64,000 nucleotides of DNA from a virus: IMG/VR virus record IMGVR_UViG_3300045988_174665; one strand, written 5' to 3'. The position numbers were made by a program, and so were the translations under genes. The notes beneath the pieces were generated by a model. That model was not told where the DNA came from. It made no database searches and worked only from the letters and a program-made list of their open reading frames with translations. The first letter of the stretch is position 1; the number at the start of each line of letters is the position of its first letter. Shown here in pieces: positions 49,441 through 57,072 of this stretch.

Positions 49441-51720
49441 TTATAACAAAGCAAATAGTTCATCGGTATCAAAAGCTGTGACAATCGGAACTTCTGGCTT
49501 TTCCTTTATAACGGGTTTTGTGGTACCCGTAACCTCGTCAAACTCTTTTGCAATTTCATAAGGTACTGTTGTATCATTACTAAAAATGATATCCGCTTCA
49601 TTTCTATTTGTAACAATACTACCTCTTGCAATAGCGTTCATCATTACAAGGTCATAAATATTTGCCTTATTAAGATGTGTTAAACCATAGCAGGTTGCAG
49701 TTACACCCTGTAAATTACTTTCAAGATTATTGCCATAAAACCTCGGACTTCCATTCTGAAGGTTCATATCACACCAGATGAACTTACGCTCAACACAATC
49801 AAATATAACAGGTATAGCAACAGTACTATCAGCAGTTAAGTCAATCTTCATTTCAACTGTTTTCGGCTCGAATATCTCACCGCTATTTACATCTTCTCTT
49901 TCCATCCATCCGAAACGGCAATTGGGAAGCGTAGAAAAATGCTGTCGTGTAAAACTATAAACCTGAAATGCAATGTATCTACCAGCGTTTTTAGCAACTG
50001 CATCAATGTCCACATCAATAAACTCTGCTACACCATCACCGTTAATATTTCCGCCATTGGTAATGTCACCCGAATGATATGCTCTATATTTTGCAGAGCG
50101 AAGTTGTGTATATGATACACGGTCAACATACTGCCAATTTTCGTCATAAATGGTTGCAGAAAGGTCAATATCAACCCTGTCTTCACCCCAACCATTTCTC
50201 GCCTTATCGGTATTAGTCCACCAGATAAAACCACGAACAGCTGTAGCGTCTTTCTTAATGGGCAACTTACTACCACGAACAATGGTCTTAACAGCCTTAC
50301 TTGCACTTCTCTGACTAAACGGAACAAGATAATTTTTGAAATCCTCATCAATATAAACTTTTCCGAGGAAATCTTTTTCCTTATACTGTTCAATTAAAGC
50401 ATCACGGCAAATCGTTGCAATATTGTTACATACATTGCTATTGATTTTAGGAAGTTCATTTTTGATAACCATAGCTTTTGCAAGATTTCCCTTAGGAAAG
50501 AATACTCTTACAGGCTGATTATCATTCTCCATTCTTCCTATAAAATGCTGTCTTACCTGAAGAAGTACAGGAGTTGAAATTTTTGTTGCAACTTCTTTAA
50601 AACAGTTGACAATATAATTCGGATTATCTGCATCACGAATAAGTTTATCAAGTTGTCTTGCAAACTCTCCCGGTCTTGCCTTTAACAAGGTAGCGGCTTC
50701 ACGCATATCTTTTGCGGTAATTGCTGCCTGAACCTTTCCCGCAAACATAAGAGGCTTTTTCTCATTTCTTAAAGTATTAAATGCAGCGTTAACATTATGA
50801 TACTTTGCTTTTTTATATTCAAACGGATGAAGAATTTCTGCTACTCTAATCCATTCATACTGATAACGGAACAAATCCTCTGTTATATTACTACAACCAG
50901 CAAGCAAATCCATAATCATACGGCGTTCAACCCTACGAAGGTTTCTGTATTTAGTCCTTGAAGCAAGACTAATGTCGCCATTAGAAAGTGCTGTTACAAG
51001 TCGTAAAACATCTGTTGTAGTCTTGAAATATTTACTTATTGAATCAGCACTTTTGATTGGTGCTTTTTCAATAATAAGCTTTCCAATAAATGCAACATTC
51101 TCTTTAAGAGGAATTGTATTAGGAAGATATGTAGTATAATCGGGACAAGCAAGAATAATAGCTTCAATGTCCTCTTTATCCTGCTCCGAAATTGATGTCT
51201 TACTCTCAACAAGATTTGTGAAAATAGTCATCAAATCATCGTGACTTCCCATTGACAAAACAGTCATTTTATTGTCATCAATAAGTGGGAAACGCTCATC
51301 TTTTTCGTATTCGGGAATTAATGTACCAAATGACCAGTAATGAACGATTGCATTAACAAACAACTCGATATCACTTGCTTCTGCAACCTGCTGCGGGAAG
51401 TTCGGATACATTGGATTATATGTAACATCCGCACCAACAAGTTCTTTAAGTGCAGGAATAAGGGAACTATAAAAAGCAATAAAATTATCTCTTGTAAGAT
51501 GGAATACTTTTTCAAGAAGTTCCCTTGAAAATGTAAAGCCAAGAGCCTGAATATTTTTCAAGCCAGAAATAACAAGTGCCTTTTCTGCCTTATCCTGCTC
51601 ATAAGTCATATCGGCACTGCCAAAGTTAATCGTTACGAAATTGGCGGCAGGTTCAAACATTACCAAATGCTTACGGCGTAACAAAATCTTATCAAGTTCT
51701 GTTAATTTGAAATTCTTCAT
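49441..51720 (-). CDS. 759-aa protein: helical N-terminal domain (possible distant TROVE/Ro60-like) plus C-terminal TerD-like domain
   Basis: The C-terminus reads ...DIDLSATIYDENW..VSY......YRAYHSGDITNGG..GDGVAEFIDVDIDAV....RYIAFQVYSF, matching the TerD pattern (DLD...hSGDn.tG.gdgDdE.i.vdL). N-terminal strings INFGSADMTY, TKYRNLRRVERRMIMDLL...ILHP and FARQLDKLIR are colinear with TROVE landmarks as I recall them. Confidence 0.6.
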   Translation of the reverse strand: MKNFKLTELDKILLRRKHLVMFEPAANFVTINFGSADMTYEQDKAEKALVISGLKNIQALGFTFSRELLEKVFHLTRDNFIAFYSSLIPALKELVGADVTYNPMYPNFPQQVAEASDIELFVNAIVHYWSFGTLIPEYEKDERFPLIDDNKMTVLSMGSHDDLMTIFTNLVESKTSISEQDKEDIEAIILACPDYTTYLPNTIPLKENVAFIGKLIIEKAPIKSADSISKYFKTTTDVLRLVTALSNGDISLASRTKYRNLRRVERRMIMDLLAGCSNITEDLFRYQYEWIRVAEILHPFEYKKAKYHNVNAAFNTLRNEKKPLMFAGKVQAAITAKDMREAATLLKARPGEFARQLDKLIRDADNPNYIVNCFKEVATKISTPVLLQVRQHFIGRMENDNQPVRVFFPKGNLAKAMVIKNELPKINSNVCNNIATICRDALIEQYKEKDFLGKVYIDEDFKNYLVPFSQRSASKAVKTIVRGSKLPIKKDATAVRGFIWWTNTDKARNGWGEDRVDIDLSATIYDENWQYVDRVSYTQLRSAKYRAYHSGDITNGGNINGDGVAEFIDVDIDAVAKNAGRYIAFQVYSFTRQHFSTLPNCRFGWMEREDVNSGEIFEPKTVEMKIDLTADSTVAIPVIFDCVERKFIWCDMNLQNGSPRFYGNNLESNLQGVTATCYGLTHLNKANIYDLVMMNAIARGSIVTNRNEADIIFSNDTTVPYEIAKEFDEVTGTTKPVIKEKPEVPIVTAFDTDELFALL

Positions 51721-51748
51721 TATAATTAATCTCCTTTATTTTAATTTG

Positions 51749-51820
51749 TCGGTAATAATTGAAACTATTTTTAAGACTTAAATTTTCTTTTTATAGAAGG
51801 AAGTTTCAATATAGCCGTTA
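51749..51820 (-). ncRNA. signature hairpin RNA unit F (in the 5' leader of the 759-aa ORF)
   Basis: GGCU, P2 ATTGAAACT/AGTTTCAAT, variant CUUCCUUCUA. Ends about 12 nt before the ORF's RBS. Confidence 0.45.
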
Positions 51821-51897
51821 GGAAAAATTGATGGGAATTTTACACTCTATTCTTATAGCAAAAAGTTTTAGAAGGATGAATATTTTCAGCCACCAAC
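51821..51897 (-). ncRNA. signature hairpin RNA unit G
   Basis: TTGGTGG/CCATCAA pairing, GGCU, UUCAUCCUUCUA. Confidence 0.45.
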
Positions 51898-51940
51898 TTG
51901 AATGAAGGTTGAGTTATTGTCATTATACCTACAATATGAC

Positions 51941-52017
51941 TGGTAACACCGCCGAGGCTCGAACTCGGAATATTCGCCGTGAAAGAGCGATGTGTTAGCC
52001 AATTCCACTACGGTGTC
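51941..52017 (-). tRNA. tRNA-Glu(TTC)
   Basis: Loop CTTTCAC, G1-U72 wobble, A73, CCA. Confidence 0.8.
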
Positions 52018-52020
52018 ATA

Positions 52021-52096
52021 TGGAGCTGGTGGACGGACTTGAACCCTCAACCTACTGATTACAAATCAGTTACTCTACCAATTGAGCTACACCAGC
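52021..52096 (-). tRNA. tRNA-Thr(TGT)
   Basis: Loop TTTGTAA, U73, CCA; one T-stem mismatch. Confidence 0.85.
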
Positions 52097-52308
52097 ATAT
52101 ATGTTATCTGGATTACCCTAGTTCCTAACTTTTTAAACCCTCACGAGTTTAAACAAATGCACGATAACAATACATTTAGAGATTCTTAATAATAACGCAG
52201 CTCTCTCCCTCACTACGAATAGTTTTTCGTTAGCTATTAACGCATAGCTTATCGTTCGCTACGGACGCCTTCTTTTTCTTGGGTAAAGCGGGCAGGAATA
52301 TTTCCCGA

Positions 52309-52383
52309 TGGGTGCGGAGAAGGGATTCGAACCCTTAACCTTCAGAATATGAGTCTGCTGAGCTACCGTTGCTCCACTCCGCA
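52309..52383 (-). tRNA. tRNA with anticodon CAT (elongator Met or Ile2-type)
   Basis: Loop CTCATAT. The anticodon stem GCAGA/TCTGA lacks the three G-C pairs typical of an initiator. Confidence 0.8.
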
Positions 52384-52604
52384 ATATCTTCCCTCATCCA
52401 GTTCCTAGGTAGAGGGAATTTTCATAAAAAAATACGGTTTCTTTGCCTTTAAGACATAGTTGTAAATAGGTTTACCGAAAACCCCTCAGCACCTCCACAT
52501 CAACTCATACAACGAAGAAGAATGCTTCAACGATGGCGTTACAAGGATAAAATACTTGCCTTGTATATCTTCCCTTATCTAATTCTTAGATAGAAGGGAA
52601 AGCG

Positions 52605-52675
52605 TTTTTTAGAAGATAAACTTCTCGGACGCAATATTCGCCCTGTTTTTTTAGAAGATAAACTTCTCGGACGCA
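52605..52675. repeat. direct repeat, 2 x ~29 nt
   Basis: TTTTTTAGAAGATAAACTTCTCGGACGCA at 52605 and 52646; each contains an AGAAG-ATAAA-CTTCT hairpin. Confidence 0.7.
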
Positions 52676-52717
52676 CACTCGCCGCTTTTGCTAAAACTTA
52701 AACCTAAGAAGATATAA

Positions 52718-52840
52718 TTAGGTTTTATTCAAAAGACGAATTCGTCTTTCAAGTTTCTTAATGATACGAGCATTTGCTACCGCATCTCGTGACTTGAGTT
52801 TATGAATACGATTTGAATAATAAAGTTTAGTTCTTGTCAT
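52718..52840 (-). CDS. 40-aa basic peptide candidate
   Basis: MTRTKLYYSNRIHKLKSRDAVANARIIKKLERRIRLLNKT with a GAAAGGAAG RBS; below the ORF-track cut-off. Confidence 0.35.
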   Translation of the reverse strand: MTRTKLYYSNRIHKLKSRDAVANARIIKKLERRIRLLNKT

Positions 52841-52863
52841 AAAATCTTCCTTTCATTTTAAAT

Positions 52864-52938
52864 TGGTACAAGAGAAGAGATTCGAACTCTTAGCTACAAA
52901 GTCCCAAACTTTGCCGTCTACCATTGACTTACTCCTGT
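52864..52938 (-). tRNA. tRNA-Pro(TGG)
   Basis: Loop TTTGGGA, A73, CCA. Confidence 0.85.
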
Positions 52939-53014
52939 ATATGTGAGGATTGCTTTCGTTATTTTATTCAGCGTTCACATAAAGATTACCCTCTAATCCA
53001 AAACTTAACGCTTC

Positions 53015-53090
53015 TGGTGGGACAAGAGGGATTCGAACCCTCACTAAATGGATTTTAAGTCCATTGCCTCTGCCGTTGGGCTACTGTCCC
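53015..53090 (-). tRNA. tRNA with anticodon TAA (Leu codon UUA) but a short variable loop
   Basis: GGGACAG/TTGTCCC acceptor, stem ATGGA/TCCAT, loop CTTAAAA, 5-nt variable loop TTAGT, A73, CCA. The D-arm GCCC..GAGGC is shared with 46418..46494. Confidence 0.7.
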
Positions 53091-53480
53091 ATGGCACAAC
53101 TTATTTATGTAAAGATGGAGTTGCCAACCACCGTTAAATAATCAACAAAAGAAATTTCCTCACCTTTATTTTACTAAACGCTTTTTATTGTTTTACGCCC
53201 TTATTTGTTCAGAGTAGCTAACCTCCTACTTTATTCAGAAGCTCATCGAAATCTTAACTAAGTATACCTCATCAAGAAACTGTTTAACCACCATCTTTTT
53301 CTTCAAAAAGATTTAAAAGCATTTAAACTTTTGTCGATTCATTGCCCTCTCAATTCTACCAACTAGTATAGTATCCTCAGGCTTGGGACTGAGCATCGGC
53401 TGATTACAATAAAGCCTTAGAGAGGGAAGTCTTTTGAAAAGAGGTTTTTAGGGAAATTAAAGAAAGGATTGCTTCCCTCT
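53091..53480 (-). ncRNA. ~390-nt structured leader between the island promoter and the first tRNA
   Basis: Starts with an 11-bp helix AGAGAGGGAAG/CTTCCCTCTCT; no ORF. Confidence 0.35.
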
Positions 53481-53488
53481 CTATAAAT

Positions 53489-53517
53489 ATTATATCATAT
53501 TTTTAATTAAAAGTCAA
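53489..53517 (-). promoter_or_regulatory. promoter of the tRNA/ncRNA island
   Basis: Minus sense TTGACT-17-TATAAT. Confidence 0.65.
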
Positions 53518-53534
53518 AATTTTTATTTCTAAAT

Positions 53535-53651
53535 TTATTCAAAAAGAGAATCATCATAATTTTCAATCTCTTCGATTAGTAAGAAATAATCCTCTTCCAA
53601 CTCCTCTTCTGGAGTCACGCCTAAATCAAAAGAATCAAAGAAATCAATCAT
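53535..53651 (-). CDS. 38-aa acidic peptide candidate
   Basis: MIDFFDSFDLGVTPEEELEEDYFLLIEEIENYDDSLFE with an AAGAAAGGAG RBS. Confidence 0.4.
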   Translation of the reverse strand: MIDFFDSFDLGVTPEEELEEDYFLLIEEIENYDDSLFE

Positions 53652-53685
53652 TTTTTTATTCTCCTTTCTTAACTTTTCTATAAAT

Positions 53686-53714
53686 ATTATAACAAATATT
53701 TATTTTAAAATCAA
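53686..53714 (-). promoter_or_regulatory. promoter (first of three tandem copies)
   Basis: Minus sense TTGATT-17-TATAAT. Confidence 0.6.
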
Positions 53715-53769
53715 ATTTTTTGTTCTTAACTTTCTCTTAAAAAGTTTTTTTCTTAACTTTTCTATAAAT

Positions 53770-53798
53770 ATTATAGAAAAAATTTAAAAGAAAATCAA
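53770..53798 (-). promoter_or_regulatory. promoter (second tandem copy, no ORF of its own)
   Basis: Minus sense TTGATT-17-TATAAT; part of an ~85-bp direct repeat. Confidence 0.5.
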
Positions 53799-53856
53799 AA
53801 TTTTTAGGAGAAACTTTCTAAAAAAATTTTTTTTCTTTCTTAATTTTTCTATAAAT

Positions 53857-53885
53857 ATTATAGAAAAAATTTAAAAGAAAATCAA
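53857..53885 (-). promoter_or_regulatory. promoter (third tandem copy, no ORF of its own)
   Basis: Minus sense TTGATT-17-TATAAT; near-identical to the second copy. Confidence 0.5.
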
Positions 53886-53889
53886 AAAC

Positions 53890-54036
53890 TTATTCGTAAT
53901 TTTCATAACTATTTTTATGTTTATGTTTACGAGTATATTTAGTTTTATCTGGAATCACTCTGGTAATTGGTTTTACACCATTCCAAGAACCTCTTAGTCC
54001 ATAAGTATATTTAAGCACTTCACTTTTCCTCTTCAT
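53890..54036 (-). CDS. 48-aa basic peptide candidate
   Basis: MKRKSEVLKYTYGLRGSWNGVKPITRVIPDKTKYTRKHKHKNSYENYE; TAATG overlap with the upstream gene. Confidence 0.4.
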   Translation of the reverse strand: MKRKSEVLKYTYGLRGSWNGVKPITRVIPDKTKYTRKHKHKNSYENYE

Positions 54037-55004
54037 TATTTTCTACTTCCTTCCTTTCTTTTTAGCCACATTTTCCCATAAATTCCACATTCTAATAAAG
54101 GTACTTCACGAATAACTTTTACTTTTGATGCTCTGACTTTTCCGTCGGAATTAATTGGCGTTACAATATCCTTAATTTTTACTTCAAGTTCAAGTATCGC
54201 AAGATTTTCCCAAGTTCTGCCAAAATTAAGCGCCCAATTAAGATGTGAAATGTGTATACCGCTTCCACAACTATTACATATATCTGTACTACAATTAGGC
54301 TCAGTTATTAACTTTCCTATTTTATATTTGAAGTTTATATTATAATCTGACACATACTCATTATCCTGTTTATGCACCGCCTTGTAAAATGTAGCTGTGG
54401 TGTTGTTGTGCTTAATGTTATAGTAATCCATAAATTCTTCAATATTTTTAGGCGTACAAACTTTTCGAGCATTTCCTAATAACTGAATATTACCTTCTCC
54501 AGTTTGTTTATCAGAGACCTGAACATTTTCATACGCTATAATAGAACTATTATCATGTGCTTTAATAAAACTATTACCATATGCTTCAACAGAACTATTA
54601 ACACTTGCCATAACGAAACTGGTATCCCATGCTACAGCAACACTATTACCAAACATTAAAACAGAACTTTTATCATACGCTATAATAGAACTATTATCAT
54701 ATGCTCTAATGGTACTACAACCATATGCTAAAACGGAACTACAATTTGTTGCCCTAACATAACTATTATCCCATGCTACAACATGACTATTTTCACACGC
54801 TATAACATGACTATTCCCATCTACCCTAACGGAACTTTCTCCTTTTGTTATAATGTGGCTACCATTTGTTACAATAACATCACGAAGATATTTATTTTTT
54901 ATAATAGCAGGATTTCTACAAGTTCCAAAATTAATAAAAATTTGTTCATTAGTATCAACCGGAATCAAGTCAAGTTCTGCTTGTGATTTTACTGTAATAC
55001 TCAT
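54036..55004 (-). CDS. decapeptide-repeat protein with C-terminal Cys-rich domain
   Basis: N-terminus and DNSxVxAx repeats are homologous to 20443..20880. The C-terminus ...FYKAV......Y.......F.Y..G......C......C.SGIH.S resembles the N-terminal domain of 32585..33769. Confidence 0.6.
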   Translation of the reverse strand: MSITVKSQAELDLIPVDTNEQIFINFGTCRNPAIIKNKYLRDVIVTNGSHIITKGESSVRVDGNSHVIACENSHVVAWDNSYVRATNCSSVLAYGCSTIRAYDNSSIIAYDKSSVLMFGNSVAVAWDTSFVMASVNSSVEAYGNSFIKAHDNSSIIAYENVQVSDKQTGEGNIQLLGNARKVCTPKNIEEFMDYYNIKHNNTTATFYKAVHKQDNEYVSDYNINFKYKIGKLITEPNCSTDICNSCGSGIHISHLNWALNFGRTWENLAILELEVKIKDIVTPINSDGKVRASKVKVIREVPLLECGIYGKMWLKRKEGSRK

Positions 55005-55235
55005 TTTCTACCTCTTTCTTTTAAACCAATACATTACATTTTAGACAATAAAGTAAATAATTATTCACTATTCACTATTATCACCTTTCTTTGCTAAAAA
55101 TTTAGCTCTACGACGGCAACTTCTTGTTAGATATCTCTTAGCCCAATGCTTCCATTCGGTTGAAAGACAAATCCATTTTTCGCCGCTAAATCATATTTTA
55201 TACAATCTTCTTTTGAATTAACGGTCTTTTTATAG

Positions 55236-55850
55236 TCACTTTTTTTCATTGAATAAATTTGCCACCTGACTTTCTATGTCCCTTAAAAAGATTTCATCTT
55301 TTTCTAAATTAGATTGTATTTTAAGGTGAGTGTTTTCTTCTGAACTAAGCCTAGATATTACTCTTTCAAGTTCTTTGGCTTTATATTCATAAGTAGCATT
55401 TATACTTCTATCAAATTCTTTTTTGAGTTTTTTCTCACAAAAAATTTCTCCCTGATATAATTCATCTAAATACTCATCTATTTCTTTTAGCAGGTAGTTT
55501 TTAAAATCAACATAGTTAGTGTCCCATTTCTCCATATCATAAGAAAATTGTGTTAATTTACCTTGTAATTTAAGATTCTTTTCGAGAGCTTTTTTATATA
55601 CTTTTTTATCGTCAAGAAATTCTCTTCTTCTTTTTTTAAAAAAGAAAGAAAGTGGCTGTAAGAGCATTTCATCAACTACCGCTCTTTGGTGGTTGATTCT
55701 ATTTTTCCACATTATAGATTCTCCTTGAAGAAAATTTTGATAAGAAGTATCAAAAGGAATATCTGCTTTTACATAAACAGATTTTAATATAAAGTCCTCG
55801 GTGGAATTAATTTCTCCTTTTTCAATTGCTGAAATAATCTTACTATCCAT
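55236..55850 (-). CDS. hypothetical coiled-coil protein
   Basis: ORF track. Confidence 0.5.
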   Translation of the reverse strand: MDSKIISAIEKGEINSTEDFILKSVYVKADIPFDTSYQNFLQGESIMWKNRINHQRAVVDEMLLQPLSFFFKKRRREFLDDKKVYKKALEKNLKLQGKLTQFSYDMEKWDTNYVDFKNYLLKEIDEYLDELYQGEIFCEKKLKKEFDRSINATYEYKAKELERVISRLSSEENTHLKIQSNLEKDEIFLRDIESQVANLFNEKK

Positions 55851-55912
55851 ATTTCCTCCTTTTTTAATTGTTTATAAGTATTATAAATAAAATTTTTCTC
55901 AAAATCAAAATT

Positions 55913-56128
55913 CTATTTTCCCCATTCATTCTTCGTAATAGTATTATTCCAATATAAAGTATATGATGTTTTGATATCTTCAAAAATTAAAGTTAAAGTA
56001 TATCCATTATCTGTTATAATTAATCTTACATTATCCTTTCTAAAAACGGTAGAAAATAGTCCATCAGAAACCATATTTTCCTTTTTATTAAGTATTTTAA
56101 CCCACTCTCTAAAATCTTTTTCTGTCAT
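55913..56128 (-). CDS. hypothetical protein
   Basis: ORF track; AAAGGAG RBS. Confidence 0.5.
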   Translation of the reverse strand: MTEKDFREWVKILNKKENMVSDGLFSTVFRKDNVRLIITDNGYTLTLIFEDIKTSYTLYWNNTITKNEWGK

Positions 56129-56275
56129 TTTTAATTCTCCTTTCTTTTTATAATAAAATTATAAAGAAAATTCTTTAAAAAATCAAAAAAAAGATAGCAC
56201 CTTGCGATGCTATCTTTAGGTTAAAAATTAAGATACTTACTATTTATAAAAATAATACTATTAAATTTTGATATA

Positions 56276-57070
56276 CTATGCAAGAGCTTTTTTAGCGTTG
56301 GCAATTTTCTTATCCTTAGCCCTGATACCGTCATTGATAAGATAATAGATAGCATTGATTGTCTTTTCTTTAACAATTCCATCAACTGTAACATTACCTG
56401 CTCTTTGGGCCTCTTTGACTGCTTTTAAAGTGCCATCTCCGAAGCCGTCCGAATTATCAACCTTTGTCTTAATAATACCCATATTATATAAAGTAATCAG
56501 TTGCTTTTTAAAAGCAAGTATAGCCGTGTTATGTAAACCATATTTAATCATTTCTTCTTCCTCCTTATTTGTTGTGCTTGAGCCCGATGAAACATAATCA
56601 GGTCTGCACGCATAGCTGATGCAGCTTGCCCATCTTTTTTGTCTAAGCACAGAACCATTGCCGCCTCCAGTGTTACCTTCAATCGTGGTGTAGGAGCCAT
56701 CTGAATTAGCTTTCTCAATAATACCTACATGGTCAACGGCATAAGCGCCCGGAACAATTGTACTTGCTTCATTACTCCAATGAAATAATACAACATCACC
56801 AGCTCTATAACCACTGCGAACAATTTTTCCTTTATTATAGAAAGTCTGAGCAAGAACACCGCAGCCGGCAGTTTTACAAAATAGCATATCATCTGCACCT
56901 GCCTGTTTGAATACCCACCAAACAAATGCAGCACACCAATCATAGCAATCGCCGGATACTTCCGCTCCATAAAATGCCGTGTTATATTTACAGCGTTTTA
57001 CATTTGTGGCTCTTGTGCCAACTTCAACACGAGCAATTTTTAAAATTTTATCTACTGTTGTTTTTGCCAT
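56276..57070 (-). CDS. endolysin: CHAP domain plus peptidoglycan-binding domain
   Basis: CYDWCAAFVWW (Cys), VDHVGII (His), TIEGNTG; C-terminal GFGDGTLKAVKEAQRAGNVTVDGIV repeat. Confidence 0.8.
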   Translation of the reverse strand: MAKTTVDKILKIARVEVGTRATNVKRCKYNTAFYGAEVSGDCYDWCAAFVWWVFKQAGADDMLFCKTAGCGVLAQTFYNKGKIVRSGYRAGDVVLFHWSNEASTIVPGAYAVDHVGIIEKANSDGSYTTIEGNTGGGNGSVLRQKRWASCISYACRPDYVSSGSSTTNKEEEEMIKYGLHNTAILAFKKQLITLYNMGIIKTKVDNSDGFGDGTLKAVKEAQRAGNVTVDGIVKEKTINAIYYLINDGIRAKDKKIANAKKALA

Positions 57071-57072
57071 AA

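Noticed and set aside
48823-51850. The orphan T-arm/3' acceptor CACTCTAG at 48823-48850 could pair with TAGAGTG at about 51843, implying a split or intron-containing tRNA spanning the 759-aa ORF.
   Set aside because: A 7-mer match is expected by chance several times in 64 kb. No D-arm follows the distal 7-mer. A consensus promoter at 48958-48986 starts the unit independently.
46418-53090. Anticodon strings TAG and TAA suggested stop-codon suppressor tRNAs and genetic-code reassignment.
   Set aside because: Anticodons UAG and UAA pair with the Leu codons CUA and UUA; suppressors would need CUA, UUA or UCA. All large ORFs in the window are intact under the standard code, so recoding is not indicated.
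55045-55235. Gap with short peptide strings resembling an AP2/endonuclease-associated segment (KTVNSKEDCIKYDLAAKNGF).
   Set aside because: It is only about 30 codons long, broken by stops in every frame, and there is no catalytic motif. It is too weak to call even a pseudogene.
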